DNA of 64,000 nt from Saprospiraceae bacterium (GTDB lineage Bacteria > Bacteroidota > Bacteroidia > Chitinophagales > Saprospiraceae): positions 18,518 through 82,517 of the forward strand of contig JAIYAP010000052.1 in NCBI GenBank assembly GCA_027488935.1. The letters run 5' to 3'. Positions 35,774 through 45,864 of the stretch are shown piece by piece; the first letter of the stretch is position 1, and each line of letters starts with the position of its first letter. The position numbers and the translations under genes are program-made. The notes under the pieces are model-generated. The model was not told the DNA's origin and made no database searches. It saw nothing but the letters and a program-made list of their open reading frames with translations.

Positions 35774-38443
35774 ATGAAACGTGTTCTAGATCAATTTTTT
35801 CAGCCAGAAAGTATTGCCTTAATTGGCGCAACCGACAAGCCGGAAAAGATTGGTTTTGCCGTTTTACACAATTTGCATACGTTTAAAGGAAAGGTCTATC
35901 CTATAAATCCAAAATATGCTGAATTACAAAACCTTAAATGCTATAAAAAACTCAAAGATTTACCAGAAAAACCTAGTTTGGTAATTATTGCAACCCCGGC
36001 CACCACGATCCCCGGCATCCTCACAGAATGTGGGAAGTTTGGGGTAGAATGTGTCATTATTTTATCTTCCGGTTTTAAGGAAGCAGGCAAAGAAGGGGAA
36101 CAAATCTACCGCGATTTGCTCCACGTTGCCGACAAATACAAAATACGAATATTAGGACCCAACTGTATGGGTATTTTGGTCCCTTCTATTGGACTGAACG
36201 CCACCTTTGCTTCAGCGGTTCCTGGACCAGGCCGCGTAGCATTTATATCCCAAAGCGGTGCCTTGGGTTCGGCAATTCTCGATTGGGCTGCCGATAAACG
36301 GGTAGGTTTTAGCTATTTCGTGTCGATGGGCAACATGGCCGATATCGGATTTGAACATTTGATCGATTATTTCGGACAAGACAGTCGTACGGCCTGTATC
36401 CTTATATATATGGAGCATTTGGTCAATGCCCGTAAATTTATGAGTGCAGCCAGGGCTTTTGCACGTTCCAAACCCATTGTGATCCTCAAAGCGGGTTCCA
36501 GCAAAGAAGGCGCCCGGGCCGCCATGTTGCATACCGGAGCACTGGCAGGTAACGATGCAGTATACGAATCGGCTTTCCGACGTGCCGGACTCATCCGGGT
36601 GCGCACCATTCAGCAGTTTTTTGATTGTACCCAGGCTTTGGCGACCCAACCTTTACCCGCTGGAAAACGCTTGGCCATTATCACCAATGCTGGCGGACCC
36701 GCCATTATCGCCACGGATGCGCTTATACGCCGAGGCGGTACCCTGGCACAGTTAAAACCCGAAACCATTGAAAAATTAAGCACCGTTTTACCAGACATTT
36801 GGAGTAAAAACAATCCGGTAGACCTCAGCGGCGGCGCAACGACGGAGCAATTCCGATTCGCAATTCGCACCTGCCTCTTCGATCCCAATGTGGATGCGCT
36901 GCTGATTGTGCTCACGGCACAACAAGTTACAGATGCTAAAGCAATTGCCGAAGTGGTAGTCGCCGAATCAAAAGCGGTCTTTCCTAAACCCGTTTATTGC
37001 GCCTGGATGGGCTACACCTCCGTAATTGAAGGTCGAACCGTACTCGAAAAAGGGAAAGTCCCCTGGTATCCTTTTCCTGAACGCGCTGTGGAAGTGTTTA
37101 TGCACATGGCCGATTATAAAGAAAACCTCGATCTTCTGTCTGAAATGCCCCCCGACCAGCCCATCGGATTTGCCGATATGCGCCGAAAAGAGGCAGCTAC
37201 CATGCTTCGGCAGTTGCAACAAGCTGGGCGCACCCAGTTGGATGAAATCGAAAGCAAAGATTTGTTAGCCCTCTATGGTATCCCGGTTAATATCAGTTTG
37301 AAGGCCAATACCGAAGCAATGGCGCTCCATCAAGCCGAACAACTGGGCTATCCGGTGGTGATGAAAATCGAATCACCCGATATTTGGCACAAACAAGCGG
37401 CAGGCGGCATTAAAACCAATATTGAAAACGATACAGAACTCCTGCAATCGTACCAGGCCATGCACGCGCACGTACGCAACCGCAGGCCCGATGCCCGCAT
37501 TGAAGGCGTCAGTATCGAAAAAATGCAGCCAATTCAGCACGAACTGCTCATTTCTTCCGAAAAAGACCCTGTTTTCGGCCCGGTAATTACTTTTGGACTA
37601 GGAGGTAGTACCGGTGACTTATGGCAAGATCGAACAGTTGGTTTGCCCCCCTTAAACCTGGCACTCGCCAAACGCCTCATTGAAGGCACCAAAGTGTATC
37701 AATTAATGCAAGGTTACGGGCATCAGACACCCGTGCCTGTTGACATGCTGGAAGATGTTTTGTGCCGCTTCACCTACCTGCTCATGGATTTTCCCGATAT
37801 TAAGTCTATCGAAATCAATCCATTTGCCATGCAGCCCAAGTTGGGGATTGTTTTGGATGCTAAAATTGCACTCGAACGGTCGCCCAGTTTGCAACGCGAT
37901 CCATATGCCCACCTGAGCATTTTGCCTTATCCAACCCAATGGATCAAAAAGGTGAAATTGAAAAACAAAATGGAGGTGCTTTTTCGCCCAATCCGGCCCG
38001 AAGATGAACCCATGGAGGCCGAATTAGCGCGCAATGCCTCCAAACAAAGCCTTTATTTCCGTTTCTTCGGGTATGTGCCCGGCATCGATCACCGTTTTTT
38101 ATCCCGACTAACCCAGGTTGATTACGACCGGGAAATGGCCATCGTGGCCCAGGTAGAAGAAAATGGCGTGTCCAAAATCATTGGAGAAGTGCGTATTGTG
38201 GGCGATGGCTGGTATGAATCGGCTGAATATGCCATTTTAGTCGCCGATCAATGGCATGGCCTGGGCTTGGGCGGTATGCTCACAGATTATATCATTGAAA
38301 TCGCACGCGCCCAGGGTTATCACAAAATAACGGCCTCCTTTTTAAAAAATAATGGCGCTATGCGCAGGCTGTTCGAACGCAAAGGATTCACCAATGCACC
38401 TGGCGATGAAGATTCTAATTGGGCGTTCTTAGATTTAAAGTAA
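35774..38443 (+). CDS. pat: Pat-type protein lysine acetyltransferase (ADP-forming acetyl-CoA synthetase-like CoA-binding, ligase-CoA and ATP-grasp domains fused to a C-terminal GNAT)
   Basis: 889 aa from ATG 35774, 1 nt after the HDAC stop. N-terminus SIALIGATDKPEKIG (CoA-binding). The ATP-grasp region includes GYPVVMKIESPDIWHK. GNAT tail WHGLGLGGMLTDYIIEIAR. Confidence 0.8.
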   Translation: MKRVLDQFFQPESIALIGATDKPEKIGFAVLHNLHTFKGKVYPINPKYAELQNLKCYKKLKDLPEKPSLVIIATPATTIPGILTECGKFGVECVIILSSGFKEAGKEGEQIYRDLLHVADKYKIRILGPNCMGILVPSIGLNATFASAVPGPGRVAFISQSGALGSAILDWAADKRVGFSYFVSMGNMADIGFEHLIDYFGQDSRTACILIYMEHLVNARKFMSAARAFARSKPIVILKAGSSKEGARAAMLHTGALAGNDAVYESAFRRAGLIRVRTIQQFFDCTQALATQPLPAGKRLAIITNAGGPAIIATDALIRRGGTLAQLKPETIEKLSTVLPDIWSKNNPVDLSGGATTEQFRFAIRTCLFDPNVDALLIVLTAQQVTDAKAIAEVVVAESKAVFPKPVYCAWMGYTSVIEGRTVLEKGKVPWYPFPERAVEVFMHMADYKENLDLLSEMPPDQPIGFADMRRKEAATMLRQLQQAGRTQLDEIESKDLLALYGIPVNISLKANTEAMALHQAEQLGYPVVMKIESPDIWHKQAAGGIKTNIENDTELLQSYQAMHAHVRNRRPDARIEGVSIEKMQPIQHELLISSEKDPVFGPVITFGLGGSTGDLWQDRTVGLPPLNLALAKRLIEGTKVYQLMQGYGHQTPVPVDMLEDVLCRFTYLLMDFPDIKSIEINPFAMQPKLGIVLDAKIALERSPSLQRDPYAHLSILPYPTQWIKKVKLKNKMEVLFRPIRPEDEPMEAELARNASKQSLYFRFFGYVPGIDHRFLSRLTQVDYDREMAIVAQVEENGVSKIIGEVRIVGDGWYESAEYAILVADQWHGLGLGGMLTDYIIEIARAQGYHKITASFLKNNGAMRRLFERKGFTNAPGDEDSNWAFLDLK

Positions 38444-38515
38444 GCTTTTTACAGAAGTTGTTACTTTCGTGTCTGATAAAAGTATTTTGTAAAACTTCAT
38501 TAAAACGCTATCTGC

Positions 38516-39331
38516 ATGTCTGTTCAACGCCAGGGGTCTCGCTCCATTTCCATCCTGATCGCCATTGTTGTGGCGGCTATTTCTTTGTTCAAATATTATG
38601 GCACCAGCTCGGTCAATGACATTACCGGAGAAAAACAACACGTCGCTGTTACACCCGAGCAAGAAGTGGCAATGGGCCTGCAAAGCGCACCAGGTATGGC
38701 AGAAGAGTTTGGCGGGTTGAGCCGGAACCAAGCCGCAGCCGCAATTGTTAACCAGGTAGGACAACAAATCGTGCAAAAATCGACGGCTAGCAAGACGCCT
38801 TATAAATATGACTTCCATTTGCTCGCCGACCAACAAACCATCAATGCATTTGCCTTACCGGGCGGACAAATTTTTATTACCGAAGCCTTGCTTTCCCGCC
38901 TCACCACCGACGGTCGCAACCTCAACCAGGATATGCTGGCGGGTGTATTGGGACATGAAGTAGGCCATGTTGTAGCGCGCCACAGTGCCGAAAAAATGGC
39001 ACAAATGGAACTCGCTCAAGGAATTACAGGGGCTGTAACCATGGCAACCTACGATCCAAACAACCCAAACACCGCGTACATCGCGCAGGCAGTGTCCAAC
39101 ATGATCCAGTTAAAATACGGCCGCGACCAGGAATTGCAAAGCGACAACCTCGGCGTGCGCTTTATGATAGAGGCCGGTTACGACCCAAGCAAATTGATCG
39201 ATGTAATGGAAGTCCTCAAACAAGCCGCAGGACCGGATAAAAAACCTGAGTTCCAATCCTCCCATCCCGATCCCGACAACCGCGCCGCCCGCATCAAAGA
39301 AGCCATCGAAGAATGGTCTAAAAAAATGTAA
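38516..39331 (+). CDS. M48 family metallopeptidase
   Basis: N-terminal TM helix. HEVGHVVARH zinc motif. 271 aa. Confidence 0.85.
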   Translation: MSVQRQGSRSISILIAIVVAAISLFKYYGTSSVNDITGEKQHVAVTPEQEVAMGLQSAPGMAEEFGGLSRNQAAAAIVNQVGQQIVQKSTASKTPYKYDFHLLADQQTINAFALPGGQIFITEALLSRLTTDGRNLNQDMLAGVLGHEVGHVVARHSAEKMAQMELAQGITGAVTMATYDPNNPNTAYIAQAVSNMIQLKYGRDQELQSDNLGVRFMIEAGYDPSKLIDVMEVLKQAAGPDKKPEFQSSHPDPDNRAARIKEAIEEWSKKM

Positions 39332-39333
39332 GA

Positions 39334-39435
39334 TTAGTTGTTAGTTGTTAGTTGTTAGTTTTTAGTTGTTAGTTGTTAGTTAGGGCATCCCGCAAACTAA
39401 CAACTAACAACTAACAACTAAAAACTAACAACTAC
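39334..39435. repeat. Tandem heptamer (TAGTTGT)n facing its inverted copy (ACAACTA)n, forming a ~40-bp hairpin between convergent genes
   Basis: Seven units (the last partial) on the left arm, a central gggcatcccgc-containing loop, and six inverted units (one partial) on the right arm. One TAGTTTT variant sits in each arm, offset by one unit. Confidence 0.9.
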
Positions 39436-40704
39436 CTAGACCGGTTCTCGTTCAATCGGGCAAGTCATACAGTGCGATCCGCCACGTGCGCGCGACAACT
39501 CATTGGAAGGGATGGTTATTATGGTGTTTTCCACCTCATCCACCGTGATTTTGCCATTATCAATGTCGCGCAGCAGTTTTTGGGCGCCAATTACCTTATA
39601 GCCAAAGTCTTTAAATGCACGCTCTGTAACCGGGTTCCGATCATAAGTGACTGCTACACCGGGTTTCAGGGCTACCAGATTGCAGCCGTCGGTCCATTGT
39701 TCACGCTCCTGGTAAGGACTTTCGCCACATCCAGCCCAAATGAATTCCATATTCGGGTTCACCTCCGCTAACAAAAAGTCTTTCAGGCAGGCATATTCAA
39801 TTTCTTCACCATTGGCACGGTGTACATCTACATAAGAACCTAAACCATCCTGCACAATCGGCTTGTATCCAACCGTGTGGTTGTGGTTGATTTGGGTGAA
39901 AATCGTATCAATGTGCATGTAAGTCCGTTCTGCCGGAATATTCACCTGCACGATATTTTTGATAATTCCCCGATCAAACAGATAGTTTTTGATCATTTGA
40001 AAGGCATAATCGTTGGTTCGTTCCGAATTACCGATCAACAGGTAATCGTTGTGAAACATCATTACATCCCCACCTTCAATGCTGATCGTTTCACCTTTTT
40101 TAGAAGGCGGAAATTTATCGACCCGGTTCAGGTTTACCGTTTTACCATCCGATTTCAAGCGGCGGAACACCGGATGACTGCTAAAAATAAGGCGGGTCAG
40201 GAAATTTTCGCGAAAACGCGCCTCTTTGGCGGCTTTGGTAATAATCACGTGGTCCTTTACCGTCACGGCAATATCGCGTGTGAAAATCAGGTTCGGAATC
40301 GGGTCAAACAAAATCCGGTCTTCCGGTTCGAGGTAACCTGTTATTAAGGTGTCGGCAAGTTGCTCGGAAGACAGGCTGGCTAGGCGCGGGATAAAAGAGT
40401 AGGGGAGTTCTTCAAAATCAACGATCTTGTTGATCACCTCATATTTGCTTTCTTCATCACGGGTACTCTCCGCCAGCAGGTCGCGTACCTCCAATACATT
40501 CTGCTTTCCAACAAAGGCGCGGAGGATATTGACGAAAATATCGTGTTCGTCCTGCATATTCGGCAAATGAACGATATCATCGAACAATAATTCACCTGCG
40601 CGTTTAGGCGTGATTCTTGCAATACCTTCGTCCGGACGGTGTACGATTACTTTTTTGAGCTTGCCAATTTCAGAATCCACGTAAATGCGGCTGTTTGCGT
40701 CCAT
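39436..40704 (-). CDS. Arginine deiminase-family (guanidino-group modifying) enzyme
   Basis: 422 aa. C-terminal catalytic-Cys region GGSHCMTCP. Length and overall layout are typical of the ADI family. Confidence 0.65.
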   Translation of the reverse strand: MDANSRIYVDSEIGKLKKVIVHRPDEGIARITPKRAGELLFDDIVHLPNMQDEHDIFVNILRAFVGKQNVLEVRDLLAESTRDEESKYEVINKIVDFEELPYSFIPRLASLSSEQLADTLITGYLEPEDRILFDPIPNLIFTRDIAVTVKDHVIITKAAKEARFRENFLTRLIFSSHPVFRRLKSDGKTVNLNRVDKFPPSKKGETISIEGGDVMMFHNDYLLIGNSERTNDYAFQMIKNYLFDRGIIKNIVQVNIPAERTYMHIDTIFTQINHNHTVGYKPIVQDGLGSYVDVHRANGEEIEYACLKDFLLAEVNPNMEFIWAGCGESPYQEREQWTDGCNLVALKPGVAVTYDRNPVTERAFKDFGYKVIGAQKLLRDIDNGKITVDEVENTIITIPSNELSRARGGSHCMTCPIEREPV

Positions 40705-41025
40705 GAGTGTGCTGTTTAAAAATATTTTAAATGGTTAGGCTAAGTGGTGGCGAAGGTAGATCGAATTAATTGCGTGAGAAAGCTGGTGCAGTAGTTCTTT
40801 GCAAATGGCTAAAAAATGTACGACAGACTGCAAAATGGAAAATTATATAGCTGATCGTATGATTTTTTTTGAATCTGATTTGGAAAGGTGAGCCCCTTGC
40901 ATACCTTTGCGCCCAAAATCTTAACAGACCGTTAAGTTTTCTGTAAAACCAACTTTATCCATCAAAGCAAAGTTTAGTGCAGTTGTTTAGAGGCTATCTA
41001 AATAAATTGTTTCCGGGCCCGATGC

Positions 41026-41056
41026 TTTGGTTAAAAAAAAGGGGGTGGTACTTTTG
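41026..41056 (+). promoter_or_regulatory. Candidate Bacteroidota-type promoter of the act/cox cluster
   Basis: TTTG at 41026-41029, a 19-nt spacer, then TACTTTTG at 41049-41056 (TAnnTTTG). About 76 nt upstream of the actA ATG. Confidence 0.4.
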
Positions 41057-41131
41057 CGCTGTTGAAAGTCAAAAAGCGTTTTGATAATCATCATTGCTTT
41101 GTTTGTATACACATTCATACCATTACGACAT

Positions 41132-42532
41132 ATGTTGCTGAAACGTATTTGCTGGGTTTTCATACTTGCGCTCCTCGCTACGGCCAATTCTCACGCGGCG
41201 CCAACCAAAGAAGCAGGCAAAGAATTATTTATTGCCAACTGCGCCTCCTGTCATAACAAAAACATGAAAGACAATCTTACTGGTCCTGCCCTTGGCGGAG
41301 TAGAAGAGCGTTGGAGTGGCTTTCCTAGGAAGGACCTCTATTCATGGATTCGTAACTCTCAGGCGTTAATTGCCACGGGTCACCCACGTGCCACTGAATT
41401 GTGGAACAAGTGGAAGCCAACCTTGATGAGCAACTTCACCGGACTCACTGATGAGCAGATGGAAAGTATGCTGCTTTATATTGATGCTCAATATAAAGGT
41501 GGTGGCGATGTAACAAATGGCCCAAAAGTTGACCCTGCTGCAAGCAAAAAGGAAGAATCAAGTATCCCTTGGCTTTTCGTGGGCATGGCCATCATCCTGG
41601 GCTTGCTCGCTTTTGCCCTCATGCGCATCATCGACAACCTTGGTAATGTTGCACGGGTGCAGGAAGGCGAAGCGCCTATTCAAAAAAATTGGGTAACTTC
41701 ATTAACCTCTAAAGGCTTCGTAGCCTTCGCAGTGTTTGCGATTACCTTACTGTTTGGCTACAAATCAGTGGATAACGCGACCCGGATGGGCCGCGAACAA
41801 AACTATCAGCCAACCCAGCCCGTTGCTTTCAGCCATAAAATACACGCTGGCGTCAATAAAATTGATTGCCAATATTGCCACGACTCTGCACGTCGCTCGA
41901 AACAGTCTTCTATCCCGGGCTCTAGCACTTGTATGAATTGCCACGCGGCCATTAAAAAAGGAACCATTTCTGGTACAGCAGAGATCACTAAAATTTTCGC
42001 TTCCATTGGTTTCGATCCAATCGCGGGAACCTACATTCCAAACTACGAAAGCTGGAGTGAGAAACAAATTGAAGACCTGTACAAAAAATGGATCGGTCAG
42101 GAATATATGGCCGCTAATACCTTGACTGCCTTGGATGAAAGCGGTCGCCAAACGGTTGATAATCAATGGGATGGCTTGGTAAAAGCGCTCAAAGACGACA
42201 CCAATGGTAAAATTCAGGGTCCAATTGAATGGACTCGTATCCACAACCTGGCTGACCACGCTTACTTCAATCACTCCCAGCACGTTGCAGTGGGTAAAAT
42301 TGAATGCCAAAAATGCCACGGTCCAATTCAGGAAATGGAAGAAGTGTACCAATACTCTACCCTGGGTATGGGCTGGTGTATCACTTGCCACCGTGAAACT
42401 GAAGTGAAATTTACGGACAACGCTTACTACAACCAGTACGAGCGTTACCACAAAGAATTAAATGAAGGCAAACGCACCAAAGTAACCGTTGCTGATATCG
42501 GCGGTTTGGAGTGTCAAAAATGCCACTATTAA
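41132..42532 (+). CDS. actA: Alternative complex III subunit ActA, multihaem cytochrome c (six CxxCH motifs)
   Basis: Signal/anchor MLLKRICWVFILALLATANSHA. CxxCH motifs CASCH, CQYCH, CMNCH, CQKCH, CITCH, CQKCH. Confidence 0.85.
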   Translation: MLLKRICWVFILALLATANSHAAPTKEAGKELFIANCASCHNKNMKDNLTGPALGGVEERWSGFPRKDLYSWIRNSQALIATGHPRATELWNKWKPTLMSNFTGLTDEQMESMLLYIDAQYKGGGDVTNGPKVDPAASKKEESSIPWLFVGMAIILGLLAFALMRIIDNLGNVARVQEGEAPIQKNWVTSLTSKGFVAFAVFAITLLFGYKSVDNATRMGREQNYQPTQPVAFSHKIHAGVNKIDCQYCHDSARRSKQSSIPGSSTCMNCHAAIKKGTISGTAEITKIFASIGFDPIAGTYIPNYESWSEKQIEDLYKKWIGQEYMAANTLTALDESGRQTVDNQWDGLVKALKDDTNGKIQGPIEWTRIHNLADHAYFNHSQHVAVGKIECQKCHGPIQEMEEVYQYSTLGMGWCITCHRETEVKFTDNAYYNQYERYHKELNEGKRTKVTVADIGGLECQKCHY

Positions 42533-42621
42533 TATTTTCGCACATGCATATCCCGCAAAGCAGGGTATACATTCGCAAACACCTTTCACCACGCATTGCA
42601 CAACATTTATCCTAAGTTTAT

Positions 42622-45600
42622 ATGCACAACGATAACGGTATTTGGGTTAGCACCGAAGATTTGATGCAAGAAGCATCTTTTCTGCAGTCTGCTGAAAAAG
42701 AATTTTCGGTTGAAAATATCGACCAAACCGATGGCAAATGGTCTACCAATCGCCGCGACTTCCTGAAACTACTCGGTTTTGGATTGGGCGCTGCAACGGT
42801 AGCGGCTTCTTGCGAAATTCCAGTAAAAAAGGCGATCCCTTACGTGACCAAGCCTGCTGATATTGTTCCAGGGGTAGCCAACTATTTCGCCTCTTCATTT
42901 GTAAATGGCGGCGATTATTGCGCAGTGTTGGTTAAAACACGGGAAGGTCGTCCAATTAAAATTGAAGGCAATACCCTGAGCGGCATTACTGCTGGCGGTA
43001 CCAGTGCGCGGGCACAAGCCTCCGTATTAAGCCTGTATGATAATCGCCGGATTAAATTTGCAGGAACGATCGCAGACAGCGAAGTGCAAAAGAAATCTTG
43101 GGCCGATCTCGACAAAGAAATTAAAGCAAAATTGGGTGCTGGTGGCAATATTCGCATCATTACTCAAACCAATATGAGCCCAACGGCTAAATTGGCGCTC
43201 GCTGAATTTACAGCAAAATACCCAAATACAACGGTTGCTACTTATGATCCAGTTTCCAGCGCTGCATTGCTCGCTGCAAACCAGGCCTCTTTTGGTAAAT
43301 TCGTAGTTCCTTCTTACCATTTTGATAAAGCAGACGTAATTGTTTCCTTTAACGCCGATTTCCTTGGAACTTGGATCAGTCCGGTAGAATATGCCCGCGC
43401 TTATGCGAAAAACCGCAAAATTCGCGATGCAAAGGGCATGAAAATGTCCCGCCACTATCAGGTAGAAAGCCACATGTCTCTGTCGGGCTCTAATGCGGAT
43501 AACCGTATTTTGGTGAAGCCAAGCGAACAAGGTGCTGCAATCGTGGCACTGTACAATGCACTTGCTGGTACTTCTGGCGGACCGCAATTGAATGAGAAAG
43601 CAGCCGCTGCAATCAAAAAAGTAGCAGAAGACCTTAAAAAAGCATCCGGCAAGTCTTTGGTGGTGTCTGGTTCCAACAATGTAATGGAACAGATCTACGT
43701 AAACAAAATCAATGACCTGCTCGGAAATATCAACGTTACGGTCGACTTCAGCGCGGCTTCAAACCAACGTCAGGGTGATGAACGTCAAATCTTCCGCCTG
43801 ATCGAAGAAATGAATGCAGGCCAGGTGGCAGTTGCCATCGTTTGGAATGCAAACCCTGCTTACGAACTGCCGAATGCCGATAAATTTAAAGAAGCATTTG
43901 CAAAAGTTGGAACCCGGATTTCATTCAACACGACCGTCGACGAAACAACCGCGCAATGTAATTATGCCGCTCCAAGCCACCACTTGTTGGAATCTTGGGG
44001 TGATGTTGAACCCAAAGCAGGGCATTATAGCCTCGTACAGCCTACTATTGCACCGCTGTTCGAAACCCGCCAGGCTGAATTGAGCCTGCTCGAATGGGCC
44101 GATAGCCAAAACCTGAACCGCCAGGACGATCAACCTTATTACCAATACCTGGTATCTAACTGGGCAGGTGATCTGTTCCAAAAACAATCCAAATATAGCA
44201 CACCCGCTGCATTTTGGGATATGAGCCTGCATGATGGTGTTTTTGAAATGCCCGCCGCAGAGTCAGCCGTTACCTTCAATGCAGCAGTAAGCCTCAATCC
44301 TGCCGGGGTTACAAAACCTTCCGGTACGGAACTGGAAATTTCCTTCTACGAAACGGTGAACATTGGTGGTGGTCAATATGCCCACAATCCATGGTTGCAA
44401 GAAATGCCTGATCCGGTAAATCGTACCGTTTGGGGCAATTACCTCAGCGTTCCACTCGAATGGGATGGCGTAAATAACATTGACGGCTGGAAAGGTTTCA
44501 AAGATGGCGACAATGTAGAGGTTGAAGTGAATGGTAAAAAATTGACTTGTACCGTCGTACGTACCTTCGGCCAAATGCCTGGCACAGTGAGCATCGCCTT
44601 GGGTGGTGGTCGCGAAGCAGGTGGTTGTGGGGTAGGATACGGTGTGAATGTAAATACTTGGCTGCCTTTTGAAGGTGGTATGTTGCAATACTTTGCTGCT
44701 GACGTAAAAATTAAGGCAACAGGCACCGTTGATAAACATTTTGCCAGCGTGCAGCACCACCACACCATGGGGGTAAAAGCAATGGGCAAAGAAGAAAATG
44801 CCGTGATCAATGTCGATGAAAAATCATTGGGCTATAAAGGCTTCCAGGGTTCATTGACCGATCGTTCGATCATCTTCCAAACGACCCTGAATGAACTGCC
44901 TAAGTTCGCTGAAGAAATGGCAGAGTTCCATAAGGAAACGAAGCACTTAAACGAACAATCGCTTTATCCAGACTATTCCGATTACTACGGAACAGGGGTT
45001 AAATGGGGTATGTACGTTGATTTGAATGCTTGTATTGGTTGTGGTGCTTGTCAAGTTGCTTGTGTGAGCGAAAATAACGTGCCAGTAGTTGGTAAAAAAG
45101 AAGTAGCACGCCACCACGAAATGACCTGGTTGCGCATCGACCGTTACTTCTACGGAGATTTCGAAAACCCGGGTGTGGTATATCAGCCTATGATGTGCCA
45201 GCACTGTGATAACGCACCATGCGAAAACGTTTGTCCTGTAAATGCAACCAACCACTCGATGGAAGGGTTGAATCAAATGGCTTATAACCGTTGTATCGGT
45301 ACCCGTTACTGCGCAAATAACTGCCCATACAAAGTACGTCGTTTCAACTGGTTAGATTACACCACTGCGGATACCTGGCCTTCAAATGAAGAGCGCGTAT
45401 TCTGGGCAGAAGGCGATGATAAACCATTCTATGCCGATGATTTGGTGCGGATGGTATTAAATCCAGACGTAACCGTGCGCACCCGTGGTGTAATCGAAAA
45501 GTGCTCTTTCTGTATCCAACGTATCCAGGAAGGCAAACTGACTTCTAAGAAAGAGGAACGTGCCATCATGGATAATGATGTTCGGAGTGCTTGTCAAACC

Positions 45601-45777
45601 GCTTGCCCAACTGGTGCAATCGTGTTCGGTAACCTGAACAATCCTGAAAGTGAAGTAAATCAACTGCGTAATGGTGCAGGCGCCTTGGCATACCAGGTTT
45701 TGGAAGAAATCAACGTACGCCCAGGGGTAAAATACTCTGCTAAAATTCGCAATACCAACGAAGAACTTTTGTCATAA
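42622..45777 (+). CDS. actB: Alternative complex III subunit ActB (molybdopterin-oxidoreductase-like domain fused to 4Fe-4S ferredoxin domain)
   Basis: Tat motif NRRDFLKLLG. 1051 aa. Cys clusters CIGCGACQVAC, CQHCDNAPCENVCP, CIGTRYCANNCP. Confidence 0.9.
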   Translation: MHNDNGIWVSTEDLMQEASFLQSAEKEFSVENIDQTDGKWSTNRRDFLKLLGFGLGAATVAASCEIPVKKAIPYVTKPADIVPGVANYFASSFVNGGDYCAVLVKTREGRPIKIEGNTLSGITAGGTSARAQASVLSLYDNRRIKFAGTIADSEVQKKSWADLDKEIKAKLGAGGNIRIITQTNMSPTAKLALAEFTAKYPNTTVATYDPVSSAALLAANQASFGKFVVPSYHFDKADVIVSFNADFLGTWISPVEYARAYAKNRKIRDAKGMKMSRHYQVESHMSLSGSNADNRILVKPSEQGAAIVALYNALAGTSGGPQLNEKAAAAIKKVAEDLKKASGKSLVVSGSNNVMEQIYVNKINDLLGNINVTVDFSAASNQRQGDERQIFRLIEEMNAGQVAVAIVWNANPAYELPNADKFKEAFAKVGTRISFNTTVDETTAQCNYAAPSHHLLESWGDVEPKAGHYSLVQPTIAPLFETRQAELSLLEWADSQNLNRQDDQPYYQYLVSNWAGDLFQKQSKYSTPAAFWDMSLHDGVFEMPAAESAVTFNAAVSLNPAGVTKPSGTELEISFYETVNIGGGQYAHNPWLQEMPDPVNRTVWGNYLSVPLEWDGVNNIDGWKGFKDGDNVEVEVNGKKLTCTVVRTFGQMPGTVSIALGGGREAGGCGVGYGVNVNTWLPFEGGMLQYFAADVKIKATGTVDKHFASVQHHHTMGVKAMGKEENAVINVDEKSLGYKGFQGSLTDRSIIFQTTLNELPKFAEEMAEFHKETKHLNEQSLYPDYSDYYGTGVKWGMYVDLNACIGCGACQVACVSENNVPVVGKKEVARHHEMTWLRIDRYFYGDFENPGVVYQPMMCQHCDNAPCENVCPVNATNHSMEGLNQMAYNRCIGTRYCANNCPYKVRRFNWLDYTTADTWPSNEERVFWAEGDDKPFYADDLVRMVLNPDVTVRTRGVIEKCSFCIQRIQEGKLTSKKEERAIMDNDVRSACQTACPTGAIVFGNLNNPESEVNQLRNGAGALAYQVLEEINVRPGVKYSAKIRNTNEELLS

Positions 45778-45864
45778 CAATTAGGAAATTGGTACGGTGA
45801 TACGCCAATGTTTTTGGCAAGTAGCCGACCCCCAATCTCTCAATCGCTCAATATCTGAAATAAT

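Noticed and set aside
39334-39435. Possible CRISPR array (also considered for the 13831-13952 repeat cluster).
   Set aside because: The repeat units are 7 nt with no spacers, or irregularly spaced 12-22-nt palindromes over only about 120 nt. No cas genes are in the window.
40805-40891. 28-codon ORF (MAKKCTTDCKMENYIADRMIFFESDLER) in the long region upstream of actA.
   Set aside because: No convincing promoter box, no associated terminator or alternative structure, and no compositional signal. It is indistinguishable from a chance ORF.
41081-41094. FNR/CRP-like box TTGAT-AATC-ATCAT between the candidate act promoter and the actA start.
   Set aside because: It matches TTGAT-N4-ATCAA at only 9 of 10 positions. 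By my rough estimate a few such matches are expected by chance in 64 kb on both strands. There is no supporting second site and no regulator gene nearby. It is worth a look only if an FNR-family regulon motif is derived for this organism.
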